Assembly (NCBI GenBank): GCA_965277805.1 | Contig: OZ255842.1 | Location: 960,001 to 1,024,000, forward strand | DNA length: 64,000 nt | Direction of reading: 5' to 3' | From: Candidatus Lustribacter sp. | Lineage (GTDB): Bacteria; Vulcanimicrobiota; Vulcanimicrobiia; Vulcanimicrobiales; Vulcanimicrobiaceae | Shown: positions 55,534 through 64,000 of the stretch, piece after piece | Layout of the letters: each line of letters starts with the position of its first letter | How positions within the stretch are numbered: the stretch's first letter is position 1 | Made by a program: the position numbers and the translations under genes | The notes under the pieces: model-generated | What the model was told of the DNA's origin: nothing | The model's database searches: none | Seen by the model: only the letters and a program-made list of their open reading frames with translations

Positions 55534-56463
55534 CTATACGCGAACAGTCTCTCTTGACTTACCGGCAGCGTTACGATTCAGTTTGAAAATCTCGCGCGCC
55601 TCATCAGGCGTAGCCGGGCGGCGGTTGAAGAACTTCGCGAGCTCGACGGTGGCGGCAATGAGCTGATGATTAGATTCGGCGGGTTGGCCGTCCGGCAGCA
55701 GCCGATTATCTTCCATCCCGATCCGAAGCACGTCGCATTCCGCAGCCATTCCCAAACCGGCAACGGGAAACTGATGCGGTCCGCAGCCGAACACGCCGAC
55801 CTTAGCTTTCGGGAAAAGCAACTTCCCCTCTTCAATCGACTGCATCATCACGCGCGCCACCGCCGGCGCGTTCGCAATCCCGCCGCCGTGCGTCAGCCAC
55901 AGATAGTCGGCGTTAGCATCGAACACGCCGTCATCGGCCATTTTCTTCAACCGGTACAGCGCCGGAATATGAACGACTTCAAATTCGATCGCCGAGCTCT
56001 TGTCGTGCGCGTTCTTGATCGATTGAATGAGCCAGTCGCGATTGTTGACGAAGGGTTTCTCGACCGGCTGACCGCCATAAACGTGGACGAAGTCAGTCGA
56101 ACCGGTTGCCGCGCCGTACAGATCGGGCGCCGGCGTAAGGTTGAGCAGCGCCAGCCGGTCCGCGTCGGTCGGACGAACCCATTCACCCGTCGCCTTGTCC
56201 TTGCGCGCGCCGATCCCGTTCGTCGTCTGAATCAAGACATCGCTATTCGCGCGGATATTGCGAATGATGTCCTGAAAGACACCGATGTCGCTGGTCGTCA
56301 AACCATCTTCGTCGCGCGCGTGCGTGTGAACGACGGCCGCACCGGCCTCCCGGCAGCGGGCGGCCTCCTCGCCGATCTCCTTCGGCGTGATCGGCACTTT
56401 TGTGACCGCGTCCGAGACCTGGTATCCGCCGTTTACAGCGGCTACGATGACGATTGGTTTCAC
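55534..56463 (-). CDS. Beta-keto acid cleavage enzyme (BKACE/DUF849, Kce family)
   Basis: AAVNG, VPITP.EI, VHTHARD, RIGMEDN, RRPATPDEAR. Confidence 0.9.
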   Translation of the reverse strand: MKPIVIVAAVNGGYQVSDAVTKVPITPKEIGEEAARCREAGAAVVHTHARDEDGLTTSDIGVFQDIIRNIRANSDVLIQTTNGIGARKDKATGEWVRPTDADRLALLNLTPAPDLYGAATGSTDFVHVYGGQPVEKPFVNNRDWLIQSIKNAHDKSSAIEFEVVHIPALYRLKKMADDGVFDANADYLWLTHGGGIANAPAVARVMMQSIEEGKLLFPKAKVGVFGCGPHQFPVAGLGMAAECDVLRIGMEDNRLLPDGQPAESNHQLIAATVELAKFFNRRPATPDEAREIFKLNRNAAGKSRETVRV

Positions 56464-56478
56464 GGGCGTTTCTCCGTC

Positions 56479-57435
56479 TCAGCTGATCAGGTCGCGCGCG
56501 TTGAATTGTTGCGGAATGAACTTATACTTCGCCGCCGCATCGATGTACGGCTGAATCAACCGCGGATCGAGTGAGAGCGCTCGCACCGACGGCTTGTTTT
56601 TCGCAACCACCTCAACCGGCAGGCCGGTGAATTTGGCGGTCAGCGGATAGACCTCGGTTTCGTGATCGCTCACGTATTGCCCGGCTGCGTGAAGCACGTC
56701 CCGAAACGCCTGCAGCTCGCGCTTGTGCGCGCTCGCCCACGCAATGCTCGAGAAGTAGGCTGAGGGCTCGGAGCGGCGGCCGAAGGCCTCAAACGGATAA
56801 CCGATGATGCGCGCACCCTGGGCGACGGCGCCCGACATGATCGGCTCGTACGCGACCATCGCGTCAACGCGTCCCTGCTCGAGCGCCGGGCCCGTCGTGG
56901 TGGGCGGGATCTCGGTAAACTTGACCGACTTGATGTCGACGCCGTTGCGGTCGAGCCACGCCATCGAGGCCAGCGCAAATGAATTGTTGAGCGCGCTGAC
57001 GCCGATAATTTTCCCGCTGAGGTCTTTAGCCGACTGAATCGTTGACGAGCCTTTGACCAGCATGCCGACGTTTTGATTGCTCACATCGTAGAGAAGCGTC
57101 GGAGCCACGATCGTGAGCGGCACGCCTTGCGAATGCGCGAGGATCGGCACCACCACATCCCCGCCGCCGACTTCGAGTGAACCGCCGCCGACGACGGCGC
57201 TCGCGATCTCTGTGCCGCTGCGCATCAGCGTGATCGAAACGTCCAAGCCGGCGCGGCGGAAGAGCCCGGCGTTGATTGCATACAGCAGCGGTGCCACCTG
57301 ATCGGTAGGCCCGGAGGCCACCCGGATGACGGTGAGCTCGGGCGCCGGCTGCGCCTCAACTTTGGTCGCGTGGAGAAGCGACGCCGCAACGACCGCGCCG
57401 ATGGCTTTGCCGCGTGTGATCGTACCAAGTCCCAT
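56479..57435 (-). CDS. ABC transporter substrate-binding protein, SsuA/NMT1-like
   Basis: IQSAKDLSGKIIGV, GRVDA...EP; start ATG 57435 (ORF extends to 57462). Confidence 0.85.
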   Translation of the reverse strand: MGLGTITRGKAIGAVVAASLLHATKVEAQPAPELTVIRVASGPTDQVAPLLYAINAGLFRRAGLDVSITLMRSGTEIASAVVGGGSLEVGGGDVVVPILAHSQGVPLTIVAPTLLYDVSNQNVGMLVKGSSTIQSAKDLSGKIIGVSALNNSFALASMAWLDRNGVDIKSVKFTEIPPTTTGPALEQGRVDAMVAYEPIMSGAVAQGARIIGYPFEAFGRRSEPSAYFSSIAWASAHKRELQAFRDVLHAAGQYVSDHETEVYPLTAKFTGLPVEVVAKNKPSVRALSLDPRLIQPYIDAAAKYKFIPQQFNARDLIS

Positions 57436-57449
57436 GACAAGCCTGCCTT

Positions 57450-58487
57450 TCAGAGTGCCCATGCGATGGCGCGAATCTCGCCCAGCCGCCGGGGAAGTTC
57501 AATCCAACACTCGCCGCCGTCGACGCTGCGATAGAGTTGGCCGAGTGCCGAGGCTGCGAAGACCAGCATCGGGTCGGCGCGATTGACCGCCAGAAAATAC
57601 ACCGAACTCTGGACCTGACCGGGTAGATGAACGTCTTCCCATGTTGCGCCGTGGTCGCGGCTGCGGTAGAGACGGCCGTGCCAGCCCGGCGCCCCGCTGC
57701 CGTTGGTCAGGAACATCACGCCGGTGCGGTCGGGGCGCTCGACGATGCTGCGCACGTATTGCCACGGCGAGTCGATCGTCTGAAACGTCCAGTGCACTCC
57801 CTCATCGTCACTGTGATGGAGACCGAACGCCGTGCTGGCGAACACCGTCCGCTTACCGTTGTTGACCACGACGACGCCGTGAACGTCGGCGATCGCAAGG
57901 CCCTCGCCGCGGCGTTCGAACGTTCGGCCGCCGTCGCGGCTGATCCACGCATCGTCGATTTCAACCGACACGCACACCAGCGCCGGATCGTCCGGATCCC
58001 AGACGATCTGCGTCACGCGCGTCCAGTGCTTGTTCGGGTCGTCGGGACGCGTCGGCTCGACCGTCGCAATCGGGTTCGAACTACTGTCGGTACCATGGAA
58101 ATGCAAGGCGACCGATTCGTTCATCGGAACGTGCAAATCGGTCCAACTTTGTCCGCCGTCTTCCGAGCGGTAGAGATTCGCGGACTGCGTGCCGGCGAGC
58201 ACGACGTTGGGATCGTGGGGCGAATACGCGATCGCCGTGACGACCCGTTTGCCGTCGAGCACGCTGTCGATGTGCTGCCACTGCGCTTCGCCCGGGCGAC
58301 GGCGGAAGAGCCCCAGCTCGGTGCCGCACATCACCTCGCCCGGAATCGACGGGTGACACGCAAGTCCCCACACCTGCGACCCGGAATAGATGCCGGCATC
58401 GGTCCCCGTGCGCAACAGGTTTTCGCCGAAATCGTTGCTCGACCAGAGCGATAAGCCGTTGGTCGCGATATACAGAATGGGCTTCAT
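57450..58487 (-). CDS. BNR/Asp-box beta-propeller protein
   Basis: Repeated S-x-D-x-G-x-x-W/F boxes (SEDGGQSW, SRDGGRTF, SDDEGVHW, SRDHGATW, SVDGGECW); no signal peptide. Confidence 0.85.
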   Translation of the reverse strand: MKPILYIATNGLSLWSSNDFGENLLRTGTDAGIYSGSQVWGLACHPSIPGEVMCGTELGLFRRRPGEAQWQHIDSVLDGKRVVTAIAYSPHDPNVVLAGTQSANLYRSEDGGQSWTDLHVPMNESVALHFHGTDSSSNPIATVEPTRPDDPNKHWTRVTQIVWDPDDPALVCVSVEIDDAWISRDGGRTFERRGEGLAIADVHGVVVVNNGKRTVFASTAFGLHHSDDEGVHWTFQTIDSPWQYVRSIVERPDRTGVMFLTNGSGAPGWHGRLYRSRDHGATWEDVHLPGQVQSSVYFLAVNRADPMLVFAASALGQLYRSVDGGECWIELPRRLGEIRAIAWAL

Positions 58488-58488
58488 G

Positions 58489-59385
58489 TTAGGCCACCTG
58501 TGCGAAGCGTTCGCGGGCCTCGTCGACCGTCGCGGGCGCACGGCCGAAGATCCGCGCGATCTTGACGATCTCTTCGACTTGCCGGTAATTGTGCTCGGCG
58601 ACGCTGCCATCGGGGAGAAAGATGCCGTCCTCGAAGCCCACGCGCACGACGTCGCAGCCCTGCGAAAGACCGAGTGTCGCGATCCAGAACATGTCTGGTC
58701 CCGTTCCGGTAACGCCCCACATCGCCTGTGGATATAGGCGCTGCCCTTCGTCGATCGAAAACTGGATATTGCGCGCGATCGGCGGGGTGGCGCCGAAGCC
58801 GCCGCCGTGCAGCAGCCAAATGTTCTTGCGGTGACGATCGAAGAGGCCTTCCTCGGCCACGCGTAAGAGGCGATGCAGCGAACTTGCCTCGACGACCTCG
58901 TACTCGAGTGCTTTACCGGCCGCGTAGACGGCAGCGATCGTTTGCTTGAGCAAATCGATCGTGTTGACGTAGGGCGTTTCGCCGGGATAGCCGCCGCCCG
59001 GATTGTAGAAGTCCATCGAGCCGGCGGCAATTCCGAACAGGTCTTGCTGCGGTTCGATCGTCAGCAGGCCCAGCCGCTCTTTGTCGGTCGGCCACAGGAA
59101 GCCGCCGGTGTTCGGATCGCGCCGGACGCCGATGCCGTTGGTCGTTTGAATGAGGACCGGACACTTCGCCCGGATGGCGCGGATGATCTCGCTGTAGATC
59201 GCGGGATCGCCGGAATTATTCCCATCCTTATCGCGCGCGTGAACGTGAACGACCGACGCGCCCGCCTTCCAGCACGCATAGGCGGCTTCAGCGATTTCGT
59301 GCGGCTGCTTCGGAATCTTCGCGCCGTCGCGGTCCTGCTGCATACCGCCGTTTAGGGCGACCGTGAGGATGATGTTTTTAGCCAT
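58489..59385 (-). CDS. Second BKACE/DUF849 family enzyme
   Basis: ATG at 59385; VALNG, VHVHARD, RVGFED, RAPATVDEAR. Confidence 0.9.
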   Translation of the reverse strand: MAKNIILTVALNGGMQQDRDGAKIPKQPHEIAEAAYACWKAGASVVHVHARDKDGNNSGDPAIYSEIIRAIRAKCPVLIQTTNGIGVRRDPNTGGFLWPTDKERLGLLTIEPQQDLFGIAAGSMDFYNPGGGYPGETPYVNTIDLLKQTIAAVYAAGKALEYEVVEASSLHRLLRVAEEGLFDRHRKNIWLLHGGGFGATPPIARNIQFSIDEGQRLYPQAMWGVTGTGPDMFWIATLGLSQGCDVVRVGFEDGIFLPDGSVAEHNYRQVEEIVKIARIFGRAPATVDEARERFAQVA

Positions 59386-59492
59386 GGAGACGCCTACCTC
59401 GCTCGCATCCTTGGCAGGGCCGTAGACAAGTCCTTCCTCACGTGGGGAATTATGAAAGAAGACTTCATCAGCGAATCCAGGAAAAATTTGCG

Positions 59493-60182
59493 ATGCCCAC
59501 TTCGGCTCTGCCAAAACGCAAGGCGCCACCTCAGAAAACGCGCCGTTCGCCGGGTCGCCCGCGCCAAGACGCGCTGCGGAATGCCCTCGTGATCGGCACG
59601 ATGCAACTCGTGCAGACGACGCCTCCGTCGGAGCTGAGCCTGCGCGAAATCGCCCGGGCCGCAAACGTCGACCCCGCACTGATCCGCTACTATTTCGGGG
59701 ATAAGTATGGTCTCTTCGCTGAGGTTATCGCATTGATCGCGGATGAAATCGTGCGCGCGGGCTCCGCGGCTCTAGCCAGCCGGGGGACGGCGAAGGAGCG
59801 GTTGATGCGCTTTGTTCGGGTGAACTTTGAGGGCAATATCCGCCACCCGCATTATCACCAACTGATCTTGGACCAGATCACCCACGGGCGGCCCGAGCCG
59901 GTCCGCAAAATTCGCAGCGAGATCAGCCGGGTCTTGCGCAAAGAACTGATCGATCTCATGCGCGACGGTGCGAAGAGCGGCGAATTGCGCGTCGTGGATC
60001 CGGGCTATCTCGGCATCGCGGTCATCGGTATGTGCGAATTTTTCTGTTCGAGCTGGGGTCCGGTCGCGGCCCTCCTTGGAGACTCGACGGAATCGGCTCT
60101 CGACAAATCATCCAAAGCATACGGAAAATTCATCGAAGATTTCGTCGTGCAAGCGTTGAGCCCGGTGATCGCTAAGCGCTAA
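59493..60182 (+). CDS. TetR/AcrR family regulator
   Basis: GRPR, SLREIARAANVDPALIRYYFGDK. Confidence 0.88.
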   Translation: MPTSALPKRKAPPQKTRRSPGRPRQDALRNALVIGTMQLVQTTPPSELSLREIARAANVDPALIRYYFGDKYGLFAEVIALIADEIVRAGSAALASRGTAKERLMRFVRVNFEGNIRHPHYHQLILDQITHGRPEPVRKIRSEISRVLRKELIDLMRDGAKSGELRVVDPGYLGIAVIGMCEFFCSSWGPVAALLGDSTESALDKSSKAYGKFIEDFVVQALSPVIAKR

Positions 60183-61458
60183 CCGTCGCGCGGCACGCGC
60201 CGAATCCGATTGGGACGAAGCCCACCTTGCGAGCCCAACCGCGGAAAATAACCTCGTCACCGTCAAGGAGCCAGACGCGTTCTTCGCCATCGAGATCGAG
60301 CGATTGGGTGCCGCGCGACGTCAACTCGGCTAAGCATGCGCGGCTCGCGTCCTCCGGTCCCGAGGCGGTTCCGCTGCCGAGAAGATCGCCGGGTTGAAGG
60401 TTGCAGCCGTTGCTCGTATGATGCGCGAGCATTTGCGCGAACGACCACCACATCGTGCGAAAATTCGTTCGCGTGACCACGGTCCCGCCTTTGCCGGCAG
60501 CGTGTGCCGACGGAGTAAGAATTGACGCCTCGAGTTCGATCGAGAAGCCGCCGCTCGTGCGCTCGAATTCATTTGTCAGGTGCGCCGGCGCGGGCGGATC
60601 GTTCGTGCCACGCTCGGGGAGCGCGCAGCGAAACGGCGCGAGCGCGTCCGCCGTGACGATCCATGGTGAAACGGTTGTCGCAAAACTCTTGGCTAAAAAC
60701 GGTCCGAGCGGAAGGCTCTCGAACGTCTGCATTCCCCGCGCCGACCAGTCGTTGAGCAAGCAGAACCCAAAGAGCCGGCTGGAAGCATCGTCGATCGCGA
60801 CCGGCTCGCCGAGCGGGTTGGCCGGTCCAACATAGGCGCCGAGCTCGAGCTCAAAATCCAGCGATGGTTCGGGTCCGTACTCAGGCGTTGCGTTTGCATC
60901 GAGATACTGACCCCATGGCCGGCGAACGGGAACGCCGCTGACGCATACCGAGGTCGCGCGGCTGTTGTACGCGATCGGGAGATGGTGAAACGCCGGGGGC
61001 ACGGTACCGCCGCCCATGCGTTTCGTGTGATCGAGAGAGCAGAGAAAGTCCGTGAACGCTCCGACAGCAGCCGGCATGCGCATCTGCACGGCAGCGAGAT
61101 CGTATACGCAAGGCCGAAGGCGGTCGCGGAGCGCGGCGGGCGCGTCGGTCGACAATGCCGTGGAGAGCTGCATGCGCAGTTCGCGAGCCGGACGGTTTCC
61201 AAGCGTAAGCAGTGAATTGAGCGTCGATCCGGTGCACGCGTTTGCGGCAACCTCCGCGGCGCCGGTAAAAATGCCCGCAGCTTGCGCGGCGAGCAGGTCG
61301 ACCACGGCAGAGCCGATCGCCACGCCGCCTCGCGCCGTTCGACCCGGCGTTTCAAAAACTCCGAACGGCAGGTTTTGAATTGGGAACTCGGTTCCGAGTT
61401 CGTTTGCACTTTCGATCCAGCTTTGGCGAGCGGGATCGTGCGTCGCGTCAAGCGTCAT
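60172..61458 (-). CDS. fahA: Fumarylacetoacetase
   Basis: FPIQNLPFG, LDFELE, LLNDWSAR, PLGPFLAKSF, GDLLGSGT. Confidence 0.9.
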   Translation of the reverse strand: MTLDATHDPARQSWIESANELGTEFPIQNLPFGVFETPGRTARGGVAIGSAVVDLLAAQAAGIFTGAAEVAANACTGSTLNSLLTLGNRPARELRMQLSTALSTDAPAALRDRLRPCVYDLAAVQMRMPAAVGAFTDFLCSLDHTKRMGGGTVPPAFHHLPIAYNSRATSVCVSGVPVRRPWGQYLDANATPEYGPEPSLDFELELGAYVGPANPLGEPVAIDDASSRLFGFCLLNDWSARGMQTFESLPLGPFLAKSFATTVSPWIVTADALAPFRCALPERGTNDPPAPAHLTNEFERTSGGFSIELEASILTPSAHAAGKGGTVVTRTNFRTMWWSFAQMLAHHTSNGCNLQPGDLLGSGTASGPEDASRACLAELTSRGTQSLDLDGEERVWLLDGDEVIFRGWARKVGFVPIGFGACRATVSA

Positions 61459-61522
61459 GTGCCACTCCGCTTTCTGCCGCCGCCGGCGGGTAAATTCCTC
61501 GCGGCGAGAATATAGCGTCAAC

Positions 61523-62446
61523 ATGCGTGACGCCGTCGTCTCCAAGCCGAATTTTGCCGTCGAGGTCGTACGCGATCTGTCGATCGGCGCGCCCGGCGGC
61601 TTCGAGCAGCTCGCCGACATCTATCTCCCGCAGAACGTGGCGGGTGCGCCGCCGGTCGTCATTTGGATCCACGGGGGAGGCTGGCGCAATGGCGACCGGC
61701 ACAGCGGACCGGACTTCAGCCGTTTCTTTGCGCGTCGCGGATTTGCCATGGTCAGCATCGAGTACCGTACGAGCGATGAGGCGACGTTTCCGGCCCAAAT
61801 CGAAGACGTCAGAACAGCGATCCGCTGGGTTCGCAGCGTCGCGGCGCAATACGGTTTCGATGCTGGAAGAATCGGCCTCTGGGGATCCTCGGCGGGCGGC
61901 CATTTGGCGGCGCTCGCTGCAGTTACCGATGCCGGCGTGCAAGCGGTGGTTGATGGCTACGGTCCGACCGACATCTTGCTGATGGATGCGCAGCGCGATC
62001 CCGAACGTAAGCCGTCGAGCGACACCGGCTCGCTCTCGATACCCGCGGGCGAATGCTCCGGCGACGCCGATTCCCGCGAGTCGCTGCTGTTCGGCGCGCC
62101 GATCTACACGATTCCCGATCGCGTGCAGGCGGCGAATCCGATCCCTTACGTCAAACCGGGAGCGCCGCCGTTTCTCATCCTTCACGGCACGGCCGACGCC
62201 GCCGTCCCCGACGCGCAAAGCGTGATGCTCTACGAGGCGCTCGCCGCCGCCGGCAATGATGTAACGCTCGGGCTCGTCGAAGGACTCGGCCATGGTTTCT
62301 TCAGCCGGAACCATCTCGATGACGGAGAGCCGCGCACGATCTCAATGCGCATCCACACGTCGGGAGCGGCCGAACAGCAGATTTCGCGCAAGTCGCATAT
62401 TTTTGCGCAGATTGAGGCGTTCTTCCGAACGCATCTGGCCGTCTAG
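61523..62446 (+). CDS. Alpha/beta hydrolase (HSL/BD-FAE-like esterase)
   Basis: HGGGW, GSSAGG, HGTAD, GHG. Confidence 0.9.
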   Translation: MRDAVVSKPNFAVEVVRDLSIGAPGGFEQLADIYLPQNVAGAPPVVIWIHGGGWRNGDRHSGPDFSRFFARRGFAMVSIEYRTSDEATFPAQIEDVRTAIRWVRSVAAQYGFDAGRIGLWGSSAGGHLAALAAVTDAGVQAVVDGYGPTDILLMDAQRDPERKPSSDTGSLSIPAGECSGDADSRESLLFGAPIYTIPDRVQAANPIPYVKPGAPPFLILHGTADAAVPDAQSVMLYEALAAAGNDVTLGLVEGLGHGFFSRNHLDDGEPRTISMRIHTSGAAEQQISRKSHIFAQIEAFFRTHLAV

Positions 62447-63369
62447 CGCGCGACCATCGGGCTCGTGATGTCGTTTTGAATGAGCCCTTGAGCGCGCATG
62501 GCGTCGAGCCACCAGCGCATCTGTTTTCCCGTCAGCCGCGGTTCGATCTGCGAATACCGGGTTTGCTTTACGACCGCCAGCGGCTGGTTGAGGTACTTTG
62601 CGACGTACTGATCGGCGAGGTCGAGATGAGCGAGGGCGAAATTCGCCCCGTCGGTGATGGCCCCGCGAAAAGCATTGACCAGGGCGGGGTTGCTATTTGC
62701 CCAGGCGGTGCTCGAGACGTAGATGACGATCGGCGTGTCGACCGGTGCGGTCGTCAGCACGTAGACCACGGCGGTGCCGCTCTTGTCGTCCAGGCTGCGC
62801 GAGACAAACGGTTCGACGCTGGCCACGGCGTCGACCGTGCCGCGTTTGAGCACGTCGTACATCGTGCTGAAGGGCACTTCGAAATAGTTGACCTGTTTGT
62901 AGTCCACGTGATGTGACGTCAGCCAGGCGTTGACCATCACGTAGTTCGCACTGCCGATCCCGCTGACGCCCACTTTTTTGCCCACCAGGTCTTCCGGCTT
63001 CGTAATGCCGGAGTCCGGCCGAGCGAGGAGCGCCGCGTTTTTGTCGGCCGGCGAGGACGCGGTGCCGCCGGCAATGCCGATGAGACCGATGCCCTTGCTC
63101 ATCGCCTGCAAGAGAACGGGCGGCGTGTTGCACCCGAGCGTCAATGCACCCGCGATGATGGCGGTCGCTTCCGTCGCGGAATTTTGCACCGGCCGCAATT
63201 CGACGCTGAGGCCGCGCTGCTGAAAAAAGCCCTGCTCCTTGGCCGTAAAGAGCGCGACGCAGTCTTTGATCGACCCGTAGCCGATGAGAATCGGTTCGTC
63301 GGCGGCGATGCTTTGGCGCGGCAGACCGCACAAAACCAAGGCCAGGGCGAAGACGAGGGCGGCTTTCAA
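62443..63369 (-). CDS. ABC transporter substrate-binding protein, SsuA/NMT1-like
   Basis: Signal peptide; GITKPEDLVGKKVGV, GTVDA...EPF. Confidence 0.87.
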   Translation of the reverse strand: MKAALVFALALVLCGLPRQSIAADEPILIGYGSIKDCVALFTAKEQGFFQQRGLSVELRPVQNSATEATAIIAGALTLGCNTPPVLLQAMSKGIGLIGIAGGTASSPADKNAALLARPDSGITKPEDLVGKKVGVSGIGSANYVMVNAWLTSHHVDYKQVNYFEVPFSTMYDVLKRGTVDAVASVEPFVSRSLDDKSGTAVVYVLTTAPVDTPIVIYVSSTAWANSNPALVNAFRGAITDGANFALAHLDLADQYVAKYLNQPLAVVKQTRYSQIEPRLTGKQMRWWLDAMRAQGLIQNDITSPMVAR

Positions 63370-63378
63370 CGCCCGCGG

Positions 63379-64000
63379 CTAATCGTTCGTGACCTTGGCG
63401 AAGAGCGAGTCGACGTCCGGAACCTTCTTGATGTAGTTTTGCTTGTGCGCGTAGCGGACGAACGTCTCGACGATATGACGGTTGTGCTTGAGGCCGTGCA
63501 CGTACTGCGTCTCGCCGAACGTGTGCCGGCTCTCTTCGAGACTCAGCACTTCGTCGAAGCCGCTCAGGTATTTCGGCTCGAGATAGGCTTCATCGCAAAC
63601 CTGCTGCGCCTTGCGGAACGCGGCGAGCAGGCTGTCGGCGACCCACGGCGCGCGTTCGATCAGCGCTTCGCTGACGCACACGGTGTGCGTGATCGGCAGA
63701 ATATTCGTCTTCTTGTAGTAGTCGGCCAGTGCGGCGCGCGCATCGGGGAAGAGGCGGCGCAAGCGTTTATCGCCGCTCACGATCCCGGGCAGCGTGCTCG
63801 GGGCGAACACGGCGTCGACCGTGCCGTCGAGAAGCAACTCTTGGAGGTCGGCGTCGGGAGCTACCGAGATGTCCATGCCCTTGGGATACACATAGCCCGC
63901 GCCTTCGCTCGCCATCGTCGAGACCCACGACATCTCTTCGGGCTTGAGCCCGAAGTGGTCTTCGATGATGCCGCGCAGCCAAAGCATCACGGTCAGGCGA
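63379..64000 (-). CDS. 4,5-dihydroxyphthalate decarboxylase-like / periplasmic-binding-fold protein (5' end outside window)
   Basis: WLRGI...FG, LL.G.VDA, RRLFPD...YYKKT.I.PI.H pattern. Confidence 0.65.
   Translation of the reverse strand, partial: RLTVMLWLRGIIEDHFGLKPEEMSWVSTMASEGAGYVYPKGMDISVAPDADLQELLLDGTVDAVFAPSTLPGIVSGDKRLRRLFPDARAALADYYKKTNILPITHTVCVSEALIERAPWVADSLLAAFRKAQQVCDEAYLEPKYLSGFDEVLSLEESRHTFGETQYVHGLKHNRHIVETFVRYAHKQNYIKKVPDVDSLFAKVTND

Noticed and set aside
59452-59468. Imperfect inverted repeat ATGAA-N7-TTCAT as TetR operator
   Set aside because: Position is plausible but 5-bp arms could arise by chance

Overview
High-GC bacterial chromosome segment. Firmicutes-like housekeeping genes, a Gram-positive-type LexA box and a probable outer-membrane barrel suggest a diderm Terrabacteria lineage such as Eremiobacterota; this is inference only. 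From left to right it holds: the 3' part of rlmD; a six-gene DUF11/Ig-like surface-structure cluster (644-13478); gatCAB-mutS2-tyrS; hslO and hup; a two-gene unit encoding a cNMP-cNMP-RRE(PqqD)-M50 peptidase fusion and a small NHLP-clan-like precursor peptide; a small islet beside tRNA-Pro(GGG); rnhA, GNAT, NUDIX, kup and desaturase genes; a solitary rpoB with a long acidic tail and no adjacent rpoC; a nine-gene Wsp-like chemosensory/c-di-GMP operon; a LexA-boxed alkB-family gene; and a catabolic cluster (two BKACE enzymes, a beta-propeller, fumarylacetoacetase, a hydrolase and several solute-binding proteins). A 24-bp GTCA-tagged REP-like palindrome occurs seven times, four of them inside coding sequence, and most copies sit in a strand-specific C/A-rich halo. 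The best candidates for undescribed systems are (1) the DUF11 cluster, whose N- and C-termini suggest a donor-strand-complemented, isopeptide-locked pilus with its own barrel, (2) the cyclic-nucleotide-gated RRE-peptidase plus precursor pair, and (3) the REP-linked local strand skew. All calls come from reading motifs; no database searches were run.
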